A stretch of DNA of 64,000 bases, taken from positions 87,331 to 151,330 of the forward strand of contig CAWJIH010000006.1 in assembly GCA_963842975.1 (NCBI GenBank). Reading direction: 5' to 3'. The stretch is from an uncultured Actinomycetes bacterium (GTDB lineage: Bacteria; Actinomycetota; Actinomycetes; S36-B12; UBA10799). A program made the translations under genes and the position numbers. The notes under the pieces are model-generated. The model ran no database searches, was not told the origin of the DNA, and worked only from the letters and a program-made list of their open reading frames with translations. This document shows, piece after piece, positions 1 through 10,413 of this stretch (positions are counted from its first letter, which is position 1; the number at the start of each line of letters is the position of its first letter).

Positions 1-2
1 AC

Positions 3-1217
3 GAGGGTGCCGCCATGGATGCGATCGGCATCCTCAACGTGGACGACGTGCAGTTCCTGTGGCTGCCGTTGGCGCACTCCTTCGGCAAGGTGCTCGAGGC
101 CGGTCAGTTGCAGATCGGCTTCGCGACCGCGGTCGATGGTCGGGTCCCGAAGATTGTGGAGAACCTCCCAGTCGTCCAGCCGACCTTCATGGCTGGCGTG
201 CCGCGAATCTTCGAAAAGATCTATGGCGGGGCGATCAAGAACGGCACCTCCGCGGGCGGTCTGAAGGCAAAGATCTTCAACTGGTCGTTTGAGGTCGGCA
301 AGCGTGAATCCGCGAAGCGCCGGGCTGGTCAGCCGAGCGGCGGTTGGCAACTCAACCTCGCCCACAAACTGGTCTTCTCCAAGATCCACGAAAAAATGGG
401 TGGCAAAATCCGTTACTTCGTGTCCGGTTCGGCGGCACTCTCCGGAACCATCGCGGAGTGGTTCGACGCGGCCGACCTCACCATCCTGGAGGGCTACGGC
501 CTCACCGAAACGTCTGCTGCAACCTGCATCGTGCGGCCGGACAACGTCGTCTTCGGCACCGTTGGTGAGCCGATGGCGGGCACCGAAATCGGGATCGCCG
601 ACGACGGTGAAATCCTGGTCCGCGGCCCCGGCGTGATGCGCGGCTACCGCAACCTGCCAGAAGCCAACGCCGAGGTGTTCGAGCACGGTGACGGATGGTT
701 CTCCACTGGTGACATCGGCCAGATCGACGAAAAGGGTCGGGTGAAGATCACCGACCGCAAGAAGGACCTGGTCAAGACCTCCGGTGGTAAGTACATTGCC
801 CCCAGCGCCATCGAGGGCAAGTTCAAGGCACTCACTGACCTCGCGCAAGCGCTTGTGGTGCACGCCAACAACCGGAACTTCGCCTCCGCTCTGGTGGCCC
901 TCGACCCAGACGCAACTCTGGTCTGGGCCCAGGAAAACGGCATGGCCGCTAGCTGGCAGAACGGTCTCGGGCCGGTCACCGACGAGGAGTTGGCCCAGTT
1001 CAAGGCCATCGCGGACAGCGACGCCATGAGGGCCGCAGTCTCGGCCAAGATCGACGTGCTCAACACGGAACTCAACAAGTGGGAAACCATCAAGAAGTTC
1101 GAGATCCTCGAAGCGCCGTTGAGCATTGAAACTGGTGAACTCACCCCGAGCCTGAAGGTCAAGCGCAAGGTGGTTGAGGACAAGTACCGCGACATCCTGG
1201 ATTCCATGTACGCCTGA
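3..1217 (+). CDS. Long-chain fatty acid-CoA ligase (AMP-binding), 5'-truncated by the window edge
   Basis: LPLAHSF, EGYGLTET, GWFSTGDIG, DRKKDLVKTSGGKYIAP and GELTPSLKVKR motifs; frame open to the window start. Confidence 0.92.
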   Translation, partial: EGAAMDAIGILNVDDVQFLWLPLAHSFGKVLEAGQLQIGFATAVDGRVPKIVENLPVVQPTFMAGVPRIFEKIYGGAIKNGTSAGGLKAKIFNWSFEVGKRESAKRRAGQPSGGWQLNLAHKLVFSKIHEKMGGKIRYFVSGSAALSGTIAEWFDAADLTILEGYGLTETSAATCIVRPDNVVFGTVGEPMAGTEIGIADDGEILVRGPGVMRGYRNLPEANAEVFEHGDGWFSTGDIGQIDEKGRVKITDRKKDLVKTSGGKYIAPSAIEGKFKALTDLAQALVVHANNRNFASALVALDPDATLVWAQENGMAASWQNGLGPVTDEELAQFKAIADSDAMRAAVSAKIDVLNTELNKWETIKKFEILEAPLSIETGELTPSLKVKRKVVEDKYRDILDSMYA

Positions 1218-1239
1218 TAGGCATCCAGCACGTCACTCG

Positions 1240-1288
1240 AACTCCCGGCAGTCGTTCACACCGCAAGGTGGGCCGACTGCCGGGAGTT
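1240..1288 (+). terminator. Stem-loop, probable terminator after the acyl-CoA ligase
   Basis: AACTCCCGGCAGTCG (1240-1254) pairs with CGACTGCCGGGAGTT (1274-1288); inner CACC-GCAA-GGTG hairpin. Confidence 0.7.
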
Positions 1289-1326
1289 TCGCTTGCGCAG
1301 GTAGCTGGCATGTGATGATCGTGGCT

Positions 1327-2565
1327 GTGCAGGACTTTCCAGCTTCTTCCGCCGCGACGCCACCGCCAGCCCCCGGGGCATCGTTGATCGATGCCGTTTC
1401 CGGACGCTCAAAGGACGGCCCGCTTGGCGTCTACGTGCACGTCCCGTATTGCGCGAGCAGATGTGGCTACTGCGATTTCAACACCTACACCGCTGACGAA
1501 CTCGGCCCCGGGGTGCGTCGCGAGACCTACGTTGACGACCTCCGCGCCGAGATCGATCTCGTCGCTGCAGATTGGCACCCGGGCCGGCCGGTCAACACCG
1601 TCTTCTTCGGAGGTGGCACTCCGACGCTGTTGCCAGCAGAGCACCTCGTCGCGGTGCTGGATCACATCAAGGGGACGTTCGGGCTGCAAGCCAATGCCGA
1701 GGTCACCACCGAGGCGAATCCGGAATCGGTGGACCGTGACTACCTTGCGCACCTTCGCCGGGGCGGTTTCACCAGGCTCAGTTTGGGCATGCAGAGTGCT
1801 TCGGCTCGGGTGCTGTCGGTGCTCGGACGCCAGCACCGACCGGGCCGTGCTCTGGCTGCCGTCGATGAGGCGAGGGACGCAGGTTTCGATCGGATCAGTC
1901 TGGATTTGATCTATGGCACGCCGGGGGAGTCGGCTGCGGATTGGCATGATTCGTTGACGGCGGCGGTGGACTCTGGAGTGGACCATGTCTCGGCTTACGC
2001 GCTGACGGTGGAGGAGGGGACGGCGATGGCCGCGGCTGTGCGGCGTGGTGTGATCCCGCTGCCAGATCCTGACGTGGCTGCAGCCCGATACGAGGTGGCC
2101 GACGAAGTGCTCACGGCAGCGGGCCTTGACTGGTACGAGATTTCCAACTGGGCGGCCGCTGGGCACGAATGCCAGCACAACCTGGGGTACTGGAACGTGG
2201 AAGGCGAGTGGTGGGGGTTTGGTCCAGGTGCCCACGGCCACGTGGACGGGGTGCGGTTCGTCAACGTCAAGCACCCCCGGACCTATGCGGCGGCCATCGC
2301 AGCAGGCCAATTGCCGATTGCCGAACACGAGGTCCTGTCGCCCCAACAGCGTCGGATCGAAGCAATCATGCTGGCGGTGCGGTTGCGCGACGGCGTGTTC
2401 CCGTCGGACGTCGACGCCGGCGTGAGCGGCGGATCATCGCCAGTTCTCGAGGCTTTGGTCGCCGAGGGGCTCATGTCGCAGGAAGGCGAACGTTTTGTGC
2501 TGACTCGCCACGGCAGGCTCTTGGGTGACACCGCAACGATGCGCTTGCTTGAGTCGCGTCGCTAG
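1327..2565 (+). CDS. hemW: Radical SAM heme chaperone HemW (start approximate)
   Basis: YVHVPYCASRCGYCDF (CxxxCxxC), FGGGTP, YEISNW and HNLGYW motifs; usual position near hrcA. Confidence 0.9.
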   Translation: MQDFPASSAATPPPAPGASLIDAVSGRSKDGPLGVYVHVPYCASRCGYCDFNTYTADELGPGVRRETYVDDLRAEIDLVAADWHPGRPVNTVFFGGGTPTLLPAEHLVAVLDHIKGTFGLQANAEVTTEANPESVDRDYLAHLRRGGFTRLSLGMQSASARVLSVLGRQHRPGRALAAVDEARDAGFDRISLDLIYGTPGESAADWHDSLTAAVDSGVDHVSAYALTVEEGTAMAAAVRRGVIPLPDPDVAAARYEVADEVLTAAGLDWYEISNWAAAGHECQHNLGYWNVEGEWWGFGPGAHGHVDGVRFVNVKHPRTYAAAIAAGQLPIAEHEVLSPQQRRIEAIMLAVRLRDGVFPSDVDAGVSGGSSPVLEALVAEGLMSQEGERFVLTRHGRLLGDTATMRLLESRR

Positions 2566-2600
2566 GGATCGCCCTTGCGGGGCTTTCGCAGCCGTCCTCG

Positions 2601-3758
2601 CTATGCAACCACGATGCGCACGATGCGGTCGTCGTCTGGCTGTGGCGAGCCGCGGCCGTCGGTGTTGTTTGTGACCACCCACAGCGATCCGTCGGGGGCG
2701 ACCACCACGTCGCGCAACCTGCCCAACTCGCCTGCAAGGTGCGGAATCGGGATGCCAGCAGACTCACCGTCCAGTGGCACCTGCCACAGCGATTGACCGC
2801 GCAGCGCTGCCACCCACGCGCTTCCCCCGGCGATCGCCAATCCACTCGGCGATGCCACCGAGGTCGGCGACCAGGCTGCCACCGGGTCGATGAACCCGGG
2901 CTCGCCTGCGGTTCCTTCGTGAGCTGGCCAGCCGTAGTTGCCTGCGGGCACGATCACGTTGAGCTCGTCGACATCAGCGGATCCGAACTCGGTGGCCCAA
3001 AGCCGGCCCTCGGCATCAAAAGCGAGACCCTGCACGTTGCGATGGCCCAGTGAGTAGACCAGCGAGCCAGCTGTCGGGTTGTCTTCGGGGGCGGATCCGT
3101 CCGGGTTGATCCGCAGGATCTTGCCGGCCAGGCTATCTGGATCCTGCGCCAACTCAACGACGCCAGCATCACCGGTGCTCACGTACAGCGTCCCGTCGGC
3201 AGCGAGGGCGATCCGTCCGCCATTGTGGAAACCAGCGTGGGGAATGCCGTCGAGAATCACGGTGGGTTCACTCAAGGAGGTTCCGTCCCAAGTCGCGACT
3301 CCCACCCGGTTGTCCTCGGAGGTGCTCCAGTACATGTACACCTGGTCGCCCGACACCGCGAGGCCCATCAGGCCGCCCTCGCCGTCGTTGTCGACCCCCG
3401 GGACTTGTCCAACCTGGTCGGATTGCCACGTGCCATCCGGCTGCGGTGTCAGCCGCACGACGGTCGCCTTGTCTCGTTCAGTGACGAGCGCCGAACCATC
3501 AGGCAGGAAGGCCACTGACCACGGAGCGTTCAGCTCGGTCGCGATCGCCTCATCGTTGATCACTGGTTCGATCGTGCGATCGGTGGCCTCCTGGGATGCA
3601 GTCGACACCGCCATGGGGATCTGCGGAACCTCCGTTGCGGAGTCGCCGTCGCTGCCACAACTGGCCAGCACCAAAGAGGCACAAAGGATGCTGCCGACAA
3701 CAGTGGCGACATGTGGCAGACGCGTGAGTCCGATGTGTGAAGGGCGCACCTTGGGCAT
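2601..3758 (-). CDS. PQQ-dependent sugar dehydrogenase (GSDH family) lipoprotein
   Basis: LASC lipobox; APWSVAFLPDG, GEGGLMG, HNGGRI, GHRNVQG, DELN and NYGWP motifs. Confidence 0.88.
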   Translation of the reverse strand: MPKVRPSHIGLTRLPHVATVVGSILCASLVLASCGSDGDSATEVPQIPMAVSTASQEATDRTIEPVINDEAIATELNAPWSVAFLPDGSALVTERDKATVVRLTPQPDGTWQSDQVGQVPGVDNDGEGGLMGLAVSGDQVYMYWSTSEDNRVGVATWDGTSLSEPTVILDGIPHAGFHNGGRIALAADGTLYVSTGDAGVVELAQDPDSLAGKILRINPDGSAPEDNPTAGSLVYSLGHRNVQGLAFDAEGRLWATEFGSADVDELNVIVPAGNYGWPAHEGTAGEPGFIDPVAAWSPTSVASPSGLAIAGGSAWVAALRGQSLWQVPLDGESAGIPIPHLAGELGRLRDVVVAPDGSLWVVTNNTDGRGSPQPDDDRIVRIVVA

Positions 3759-3850
3759 GGTCAATCGTCTCTCGCGGAAGCGCTAGGCGCAGCCTCAGCG
3801 AGCTTGACCTCACCAGTTGCTTGTGCGCCGGACATGGGCGTGACATCACC

Positions 3851-4832
3851 TCAGTTGGCTACGGCCTGTCCCTGCAGCATTCGGTAGGCATAGGTCTGAG
3901 CCAAGATGATCACCGGAATTGCGGCCAGCAGGCCCACGCCGCACAGTAATGAGCCGACGAAATAGACCAACAGTCCCAGCAGGAACACCAGGATAAGTGG
4001 GCCGAGGTTGTTGAAAACGAAACTCCAACTCGCCTTGATCGAATCAATAACGCCCAGTTGGCGATCCAGGATGAAGAACATGAAGAACTGGGACAGGAAC
4101 ATCACGATCAGGCCGGGCAAGTAGCACAGCACAAAGCCGATTGACGTCATGAGGCCCACGAGCACCCCGCCGCCGATGATGCTCCCGATCTTGTCGGTGG
4201 CGAAGAAGGTCTTGAAGTCGACCGCCTGGCCAGCCGTCGTCGCGAGGGTGCCGCGAATCAGCGCCGCCTGAACTAGCCATCCGTAGATCGCGAAAACCAG
4301 CGACATCAGCCCGACAAAGAGCAAGCTCGAGAAGAATCCTGCAGCTCCTAGAGCGGTGCCGCCGCTGTAGACCAATTCGCCGGTCACAGGGTCCACGGTC
4401 ACGGTGGACTCAGCAGCATTGGATGCGAAAGCGCCGAAGAGCCCGAGGATCACGTAGTAAATGCCGGAGAGGAGGGCCCCCACGGCAGCGAAGACAACCA
4501 ACGCAAGTACGTAGGGCTGCCAGTTCTCCGTGAACTTCTTCCACCCGTAGCTGTATGCCTCGGTGACCGAAAAGGAACCGCTACCCGGTGCTCCGGGAAA
4601 GCCTCCGCCACCTTGGGGTGGTGGGTAGCCGCCGCCGGGGCCTTGGCGGTGGGTATCCGCCGGAACCCGGAGGTGGGGGTGGGTAACCGCCGCCGGGGCC
4701 TTGGGGTGGGTAGCCGCCGGAACCCGGAGGTGGTGGGGGTGGGTAGCCGCCGCCGGGGCCTTGGGGTGGGTAGCCGCCGCCGGGTGGTGGTTGTTGGGGT
4801 GGGTAGCCGCCGCCGGGTGGGTTGGTGGACAT
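3851..4832 (-). CDS. Integral membrane protein with Pro/Gly-rich N-terminus; one frameshift near 4646
   Basis: ORF 4581..4832 (MSTNPPGGGYPPQ...) continues in the frame of ORF 3851..4858 (QGPGGGYPPPQ...AYSYGWKKF, several TM helices) after one extra base in CCACCGCCAAGGC. Confidence 0.75.
4612..4820 (-). repeat. Imperfect coding tandem repeats (GGGYPP / GSGGYPPQGP units)
   Basis: Recurrent ggggtgggtagccgccgccggg-type units on the + strand. Confidence 0.8.
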
Positions 4833-4911
4833 CGGGACCTCCAGAACGTTGGCGCCATCCGGATCGGGCTGAGCCTGGTCCGGCTATTTCGACGTTAGCG
4901 GAAAATGTGGA

Positions 4912-5175
4912 TCACGGACCAACCGACTGCCCATGCAACGACCGAAATGCGTAGGTCTGGGCAAGCGCAACTATCGGGATCGCCACCAGCAGGCCGATTC
5001 CGCAGGCCACGGCGCCGGCGAGGAAGATGGCGAGGCCGAGTAGAAATAGCTGAATCAGGGGCCCGATGTTGTCGGTCACGAATGTCCAGCTGGCCCCCAG
5101 TGCTTCCATCCCGCCCATCGCTGTGTCCAGAGTCCCTCCTGGGTGGCCACCAGTCCCTGGCGGGTTCGTGGACAT
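4912..5175 (-). CDS. 87-aa internally deleted paralog of the downstream membrane protein
   Basis: Starts MSTNPPG like the downstream gene; C-terminus ASWTFVTDNIGPLI...CGIGLLVAIPIVALAQTYAFRSLHGQSV matches ASWSFVFNNLGPLI...CGVGLLAAIPVIILAQTYAYRMLQGQAV. Confidence 0.6.
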   Translation of the reverse strand: MSTNPPGTGGHPGGTLDTAMGGMEALGASWTFVTDNIGPLIQLFLLGLAIFLAGAVACGIGLLVAIPIVALAQTYAFRSLHGQSVGP

Positions 5176-5337
5176 CTTGGGCTCCCCGTCGGTTGACGGT
5201 GTCGGAAGTAGACCCGGACAATTCGGATCGTAACCCGGTAAAACTATTGCGATCGCTCGGATGTGGTCGATTGCTCCGTGAGTGGCTTCCGGTTTGGCTG
5301 CGTCCGCCGATGGGCGCGGCAGCGCCAAGGCCGTAGA

Positions 5338-5364
5338 CTGGCACTCATTGGATGGGAGTGCCAG
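5338..5364 (+). promoter_or_regulatory. CIRCE operator (HrcA site) overlapping a TAGACT -10 box (5334-5339)
   Basis: CTGGCACTC-N9-GAGTGCCAG perfect inverted repeat, 28 nt before the hrcA ATG. Confidence 0.95.
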
Positions 5365-5392
5365 ACACCTCGCACAGAGAAAGGAGGCAACG

Positions 5393-6415
5393 ATGCTTGA
5401 TGAGCGCAAGCGCGCTGTGCTGAGCGCAATCGTTGCCGACTATGTGAGATCACGTGAGCCAGTCGGCTCGAAGGTGCTCGTGGAGCGTCACCAACTCGGT
5501 GTCAGCCCGGCAACGATTCGCAATGACATGGCCGTTTTGGAAGAAGAGGGCTACATCGCAGCACCTCACACCAGTGCCGGGCGGATTCCCACAGACAAGG
5601 GATACCGACTCTTTGTGGATCATCTCGTGGAGTTGCGTCCGTTGCGCCAATCGGAGCGCCGAGCGATCCAAGCATTCCTCGCGGAGCCGGTCGACCTTGA
5701 CGACGCGGTGGAGCGCACCGTCCGACTGCTCGCCCAATTGACCAAGCAGTTGGCAGTTGTGCAGTACCCGTCGCTGAGTCGTTCGACGGTCCGCCACATC
5801 GAAGTTGTTTGCCTCTCGGCTCGACGCATTCTGGTGGTCGTGATCGCGGAATCCGGCCGGGTCGACCAGCGCATCGCAGAAGTGGACGTCGAACTCGACC
5901 ACGAGACGCTGTCAGAGGTGCGTGACAGGCTCAACCATCTGCTGGTCGGTCGTGACGTTGAGTCGGTGACGCAGGCACTCGTCGGCTTCGGGGATCACCA
6001 CCCGGAGACCGAGCGCACGACGCTGGCTGCGATCGCCGCAGCAGTGGCGGAAGCCGCGTCCGATCGTCGGGAGGACCGAGTCGTGTACTCCGGGACTGCC
6101 AACCTCGCCCGGGAGTGGGATGACTTCGGCAATTCGCTTGATAGCGTTTTCGAGGCCCTCGAGGAACAGATGGTGCTGTTGCGGCTGATGGGCGAAGTCT
6201 CCGCCAGCACCGACGTACGTGTGCTGATCGGAAACGAGAACGCCGGCAGCGGGCTCAGCAGGGCGTCAGTTGTCGTGTCCGGGTACGGCAGCGACGACCG
6301 TGTTGTGGCCAAGCTCGGCGTAGTTGGCCCGACCCGGATGGATTACCCCGGCACCATGTCCGCGGTTCAGGCTGTCGCACGATACTTGGGACGCATCGTC
6401 ACCGACACAGGTTGA
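5393..6415 (+). CDS. hrcA: Heat-inducible transcription repressor HrcA
   Basis: EPVGSK, VSPATIRNDMA, PHTSAGRIPTDKGYR and GPTRMDY motifs; AAGGAGG RBS. Confidence 0.97.
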   Translation: MLDERKRAVLSAIVADYVRSREPVGSKVLVERHQLGVSPATIRNDMAVLEEEGYIAAPHTSAGRIPTDKGYRLFVDHLVELRPLRQSERRAIQAFLAEPVDLDDAVERTVRLLAQLTKQLAVVQYPSLSRSTVRHIEVVCLSARRILVVVIAESGRVDQRIAEVDVELDHETLSEVRDRLNHLLVGRDVESVTQALVGFGDHHPETERTTLAAIAAAVAEAASDRREDRVVYSGTANLAREWDDFGNSLDSVFEALEEQMVLLRLMGEVSASTDVRVLIGNENAGSGLSRASVVVSGYGSDDRVVAKLGVVGPTRMDYPGTMSAVQAVARYLGRIVTDTG

Positions 6416-6491
6416 CATGCAGATTCTGGTGGGTGTGGTCAGGTGACCGTTTTCCCCGTTGAGGCCAATCGATGAACAGGACGGATCAGTA

Positions 6492-7619
6492 GTGGACTAC
6501 TACGAACTCCTCGGCGTGTCCCGCGATGCGACCGGCGAGGAGATCAAACGCGCCTACCGCAAGTTGGCGCGGCAGTTGCATCCAGATGTGAATCCAGACC
6601 CTGCCACCCAGGAGCGATTCAAAGAGGTCACCTCGGCCTACGAGATCCTCTCCGATCCGCAGAAGCGGCAGATGTACGACCTGGGCGCTGATCCGCGCGC
6701 CGCCGGAGGTGGCGGGCCTGGAGGATTCGGCCAAGGTGGGTTCGGTTTCGGCGACATCATGGACGCATTCTTCGGTGGCGCAGGCGGCCAGCAGGGACCT
6801 CGATCGCGGGTGCGCCGTGGTCAGGACGCGCTCATCACAGTTGAGTTGGATCTCTCCGATGCCGCCTTCGGAGCGGTGAAGGACATCACTGTGGACACCG
6901 CAGTGGGGTGCCCCACCTGCTCCGGTTCCGGTGCTGCCGCCGGCACCGAGGAGGTCACCTGCACGATGTGCCACGGGCGCGGCCAGATTCAGAGTGTGCA
7001 GCGTTCCTTCCTCGGTCAGGTGATGACCGCACGGGCCTGCCCGCAGTGTCGCGGCTTCGGCACGCTCATCCCGCATCCCTGCCCGGAATGTGCTGGTGAC
7101 GGGAGAGTCCGCACCCGACGGACGGTGTCCGTGAAAATCCCCGCAGGCGTTGAATCAGGCACTCGAATCAGGCTCTCGGGTGAGGGTGAGGTCGGTCCCG
7201 GGGCAGGACCCGCAGGTGACTTGTACGTCGAGGTGGTCGAACGCCCGCACCCGGTCTTCACTCGGCGCGGTGACGACTTGCACGCAACTGTGAGCCTGCC
7301 CATGACAGCGGCGGCATTAGGCACCACGTTGACGTTCCCCACGCTCGACGACAAGGTCGAGATAGTGATCAGACCCGGTACCCAGCCTGGGTCCTCGCAG
7401 ACCATCCGCGGTGCTGGGGTGACGCATCTGCGCGGTGGTGGCCGGGGCGACATGGTGGTCCACATCGATGTCACTACGCCTACCCGCCTCGACGAGCGGC
7501 AAACGGAACTCCTTCGCGAGTTGGCTGCGATTCGCGGCGAGGAGAACCCTTCCGGCGATCCAGAACCGCAACATGCAGGCATGTTCAAGCGCATCAAAGA
7601 TGCCTTTGGCGGAAAGTGA
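6492..7619 (+). CDS. dnaJ: Chaperone DnaJ (dnaJ2-type)
   Basis: J-domain HPD, G/F-rich region, four CxxCxGxG repeats. Confidence 0.97.
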   Translation: MDYYELLGVSRDATGEEIKRAYRKLARQLHPDVNPDPATQERFKEVTSAYEILSDPQKRQMYDLGADPRAAGGGGPGGFGQGGFGFGDIMDAFFGGAGGQQGPRSRVRRGQDALITVELDLSDAAFGAVKDITVDTAVGCPTCSGSGAAAGTEEVTCTMCHGRGQIQSVQRSFLGQVMTARACPQCRGFGTLIPHPCPECAGDGRVRTRRTVSVKIPAGVESGTRIRLSGEGEVGPGAGPAGDLYVEVVERPHPVFTRRGDDLHATVSLPMTAAALGTTLTFPTLDDKVEIVIRPGTQPGSSQTIRGAGVTHLRGGGRGDMVVHIDVTTPTRLDERQTELLRELAAIRGEENPSGDPEPQHAGMFKRIKDAFGGK

Positions 7620-8458
7620 CTCCGCCGCGCGACCTGGCCTGGCCGGTGTACTACGTCGGCCAACTCGGCACGTCTGACGATGTCCCTTCCGCGGTGTTCC
7701 TGGAGGGCGCGGAGGCCAGGCACGCTGCAGTGCGGCGGCATCGGCCCGGCGAATGGGTCGTGCTTACCGCAGGCCAAGGTCGGTGGGTCGCGGGCCCGGT
7801 CACCCATACCCAGGGCAAGTCCGGTCTTGCCATTGCGGTGGAAATGAGCGGCGCGGAGTCGTTGCCCACGCCAATCGTCACGGTCGTCCAAGCACTACCC
7901 AAGTCGGATCGGGCGGACGAGGCAGTTGAACTTCTCACCGCGGTCGGGGTGGACCGGATCGTGCCGTGGCAAGCAGAGCGCTCCATTGCCAGGTGGTCGC
8001 CGGATCGAATCGAACGTGGTCTGGCGCGTTGGCGCAGGACCGCTGCCGAGGCCGCGAAACAGAGCCGTCGGGTGCGGTGGCCCGTCATCTGCTCTCCTGT
8101 GGATGGGCGCGAGCTCGCGGAGTTGGTGGCAGCCGCTCCGATGGTGCTCACCTGCCACGAGCAGGCGGAAGTCCCGATCGTGTCGGTGCCCGTGGCCCCT
8201 GACATCGAGGAGGTCGTCGTCGTGATCGGGCCCGAAGGGGGCATCTCGGATGCCGAACTGGCCATCTTGACCGACAACGGTGCCGTCACCGTCTCGCTTG
8301 GGTCAACGGTCCTACGCACCTCGGTGGCTGGCGGAATCGCCTCCGCCCTGGTGATGTCACGAGTCGGGCGCTTGCTGCCGGCCGAACCGGCAACGGTGGC
8401 GCAGGTCGATCCGTGGGGTGCCCGTGTGGATGCGCTTGATGGGCCCGGTGCGCCATGA
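7616..8458 (+). CDS. rsmE: 16S rRNA (uracil1498-N3)-methyltransferase
   Basis: QALPK, AAKQSRR, IGPEGG and LRT motifs; follows dnaJ. Confidence 0.93.
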   Translation: MTPPRDLAWPVYYVGQLGTSDDVPSAVFLEGAEARHAAVRRHRPGEWVVLTAGQGRWVAGPVTHTQGKSGLAIAVEMSGAESLPTPIVTVVQALPKSDRADEAVELLTAVGVDRIVPWQAERSIARWSPDRIERGLARWRRTAAEAAKQSRRVRWPVICSPVDGRELAELVAAAPMVLTCHEQAEVPIVSVPVAPDIEEVVVVIGPEGGISDAELAILTDNGAVTVSLGSTVLRTSVAGGIASALVMSRVGRLLPAEPATVAQVDPWGARVDALDGPGAP

Positions 8459-8808
8459 TGGGGGCTATGTCGAACTGTCCGTTCTGCCTCATCGCCAGCG
8501 GCGCAATCGCCGCCGACGTGGTCCACGCTGACGATTCCGTGGTCGCCTTTCGCGATATCAATCCGCAGTCGCCCACCCACATTCTTGTGATTCCGCGCGC
8601 CCACCACACCAACCTGACCGAGTTGGCGGCCTCGGATCCAGAGTTGCTCAGCGCCCTCATGGTGGGTGCCGCGGAGGTGGCCGCAGCGGAGAAGCTCAAC
8701 GCCGGCTACCGCGTCGTCATCAATACCGGCGGTGACGGCGGCCAGACCGTCGACCATGTGCACGCCCACGTGCTTGGCGGCCGTCACCTGACCTGGCCCC
8801 CCGGCTGA
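8455..8808 (+). CDS. HIT-family nucleotide-binding protein
   Basis: CPFC, AFRDINPQSPTHILVIP and QTVDHVHAHVLGG histidine triad. Confidence 0.93.
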   Translation: MMGAMSNCPFCLIASGAIAADVVHADDSVVAFRDINPQSPTHILVIPRAHHTNLTELAASDPELLSALMVGAAEVAAAEKLNAGYRVVINTGGDGGQTVDHVHAHVLGGRHLTWPPG

Positions 8809-8836
8809 CCGACTATCCAGGAGAACCCCACAACAC

Positions 8837-9820
8837 ATGAGTCAACCTGAACCGGACATCGCCTCGACGACCGTGATCATCCCGGCGTCCCAGTCGATGG
8901 TCGCCGTGCTGGGAGTCGGCGACGAATACCTGCAGTTGATGGAACGCCTGATGCCCGCAGCGGAGTTCTTTGTGCGCGGCAACGAGGTGCGCATCTCCGG
9001 ACCTGAACCTGACGTCGTGCTCGCCGAACAGATGCTGGCGGAAATGCTCACAATTCTGCGCAGCGGGCAAGGCCTCACTATGGAGTCGGTGGAGCGTTCC
9101 TTTGGGATGCTGCGGGAGGCCGAAGATGTTCGTCCTGCGGATGTGTTGACCGCGAACATCCTCTCGAGTCGAGGCCGCACCATCCGGCCCAAAACGCTCA
9201 ACCAGAAACGGTACGTGGATGCGATTGATGCCCACACCATCGTCTTCGGAATCGGGCCGGCGGGCACCGGCAAGACCTACCTGGCAGTGGCCAAGGCGGT
9301 ACAAGCTCTGCAGAACAAAGAGGTCAACCGGATCATCCTGACGCGTCCTGCGGTGGAGGCCGGCGAACGGCTGGGATTCCTGCCGGGATCGCTCAGCGAG
9401 AAGATCGACCCGTATCTCCGGCCGCTCTACGATGCCCTGCACGACATGCTTGATCCGGATCGAATCCCGCGGTTGATGACGTCGGGCACCATTGAGGTGG
9501 CGCCGTTGGCGTACATGCGTGGGCGCACCCTCAACGATTCCTTCATCATCCTCGATGAGGCACAGAACACCACTGCCGAGCAGATGAAGATGTTCCTCAC
9601 CCGGCTCGGATTCGGTTCCACCATGGTCGTCACCGGAGATGTCACCCAGGTTGATCTACCGGGCGGATCCACGAGCGGACTGCGCCAGGTGCAGGAAGTG
9701 CTGACCGGGGTGGGCGACATCTACTTCCAGGAACTCACCAGCCGAGACGTGGTACGGCACAAACTCGTGGGTCGGATCGTCGACGCCTATGGCAAGTTCG
9801 ACGCCACCAGGACTCGATAG
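8837..9820 (+). CDS. phoH: PhoH-family protein
   Basis: GPAGTGKT, RPAVEAGE, LAYMRGRTL and DEAQN motifs. Confidence 0.95.
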   Translation: MSQPEPDIASTTVIIPASQSMVAVLGVGDEYLQLMERLMPAAEFFVRGNEVRISGPEPDVVLAEQMLAEMLTILRSGQGLTMESVERSFGMLREAEDVRPADVLTANILSSRGRTIRPKTLNQKRYVDAIDAHTIVFGIGPAGTGKTYLAVAKAVQALQNKEVNRIILTRPAVEAGERLGFLPGSLSEKIDPYLRPLYDALHDMLDPDRIPRLMTSGTIEVAPLAYMRGRTLNDSFIILDEAQNTTAEQMKMFLTRLGFGSTMVVTGDVTQVDLPGGSTSGLRQVQEVLTGVGDIYFQELTSRDVVRHKLVGRIVDAYGKFDATRTR

Positions 9821-9879
9821 CTGAGCCCGTTGGCTTGCAGGCGACGTTCGCGACCTCGACCCGTGGGAGACTGGGCGGC

Positions 9880-10401
9880 GTGATTGACATTGTCAACGAG
9901 TCTGGTGACGTGATCGACGAAATCTCCGTCGCCGAACAGGCCAGGTTCGTCCTGGACCGTCTACGGATCCACCGGCAGGCCGAGCTTTCGATCGCGTTCG
10001 TCGATGAGCCCGCGATGGCGGACCTCCACCTGACCTGGATGGACGAGCCAGGTCCGACCGACGTGATGAGTTTCCCGCAGGACGACCTACGCGTACCCCG
10101 CGACGACGAGGAACCCCCGGAGGGTCTGCTGGGCGACATTGTGATCTGCCCGCCCGTGGCACGCGCTCAAGCATCCGCCGCCGGGCATTCGGAGCGCCAC
10201 GAGGTAGCCGTACTGCTCACCCATGGAATCTTGCACCTGCTGGGGTACGACCACGCCGAACCAGAAGATGAACGGCTGATGTTTGGTCTGCAGAATCGAC
10301 TGGTCGCGGAGTGGAATTCGCTGGCTGGCACCGCTGAGGTATCAGTTGAGCCGACGGCCGGGTCCGACGGGCCACTGGCGGCTGCTGGTGAGCAAGAGTG
10401 A
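9880..10401 (+). CDS. ybeY: rRNA maturation endoribonuclease YbeY
   Basis: TDVMSFP, LGDIVI and HGILHLLGYDH motifs. Confidence 0.95.
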   Translation: MIDIVNESGDVIDEISVAEQARFVLDRLRIHRQAELSIAFVDEPAMADLHLTWMDEPGPTDVMSFPQDDLRVPRDDEEPPEGLLGDIVICPPVARAQASAAGHSERHEVAVLLTHGILHLLGYDHAEPEDERLMFGLQNRLVAEWNSLAGTAEVSVEPTAGSDGPLAAAGEQE

Positions 10402-10413
10402 GAAGGTGAGGCC

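Noticed and set aside
4612-4820. Regularly repeated DNA resembling a CRISPR or VNTR array
   Set aside because: Encodes GGGYPP protein repeats; no unique spacers and no cas genes
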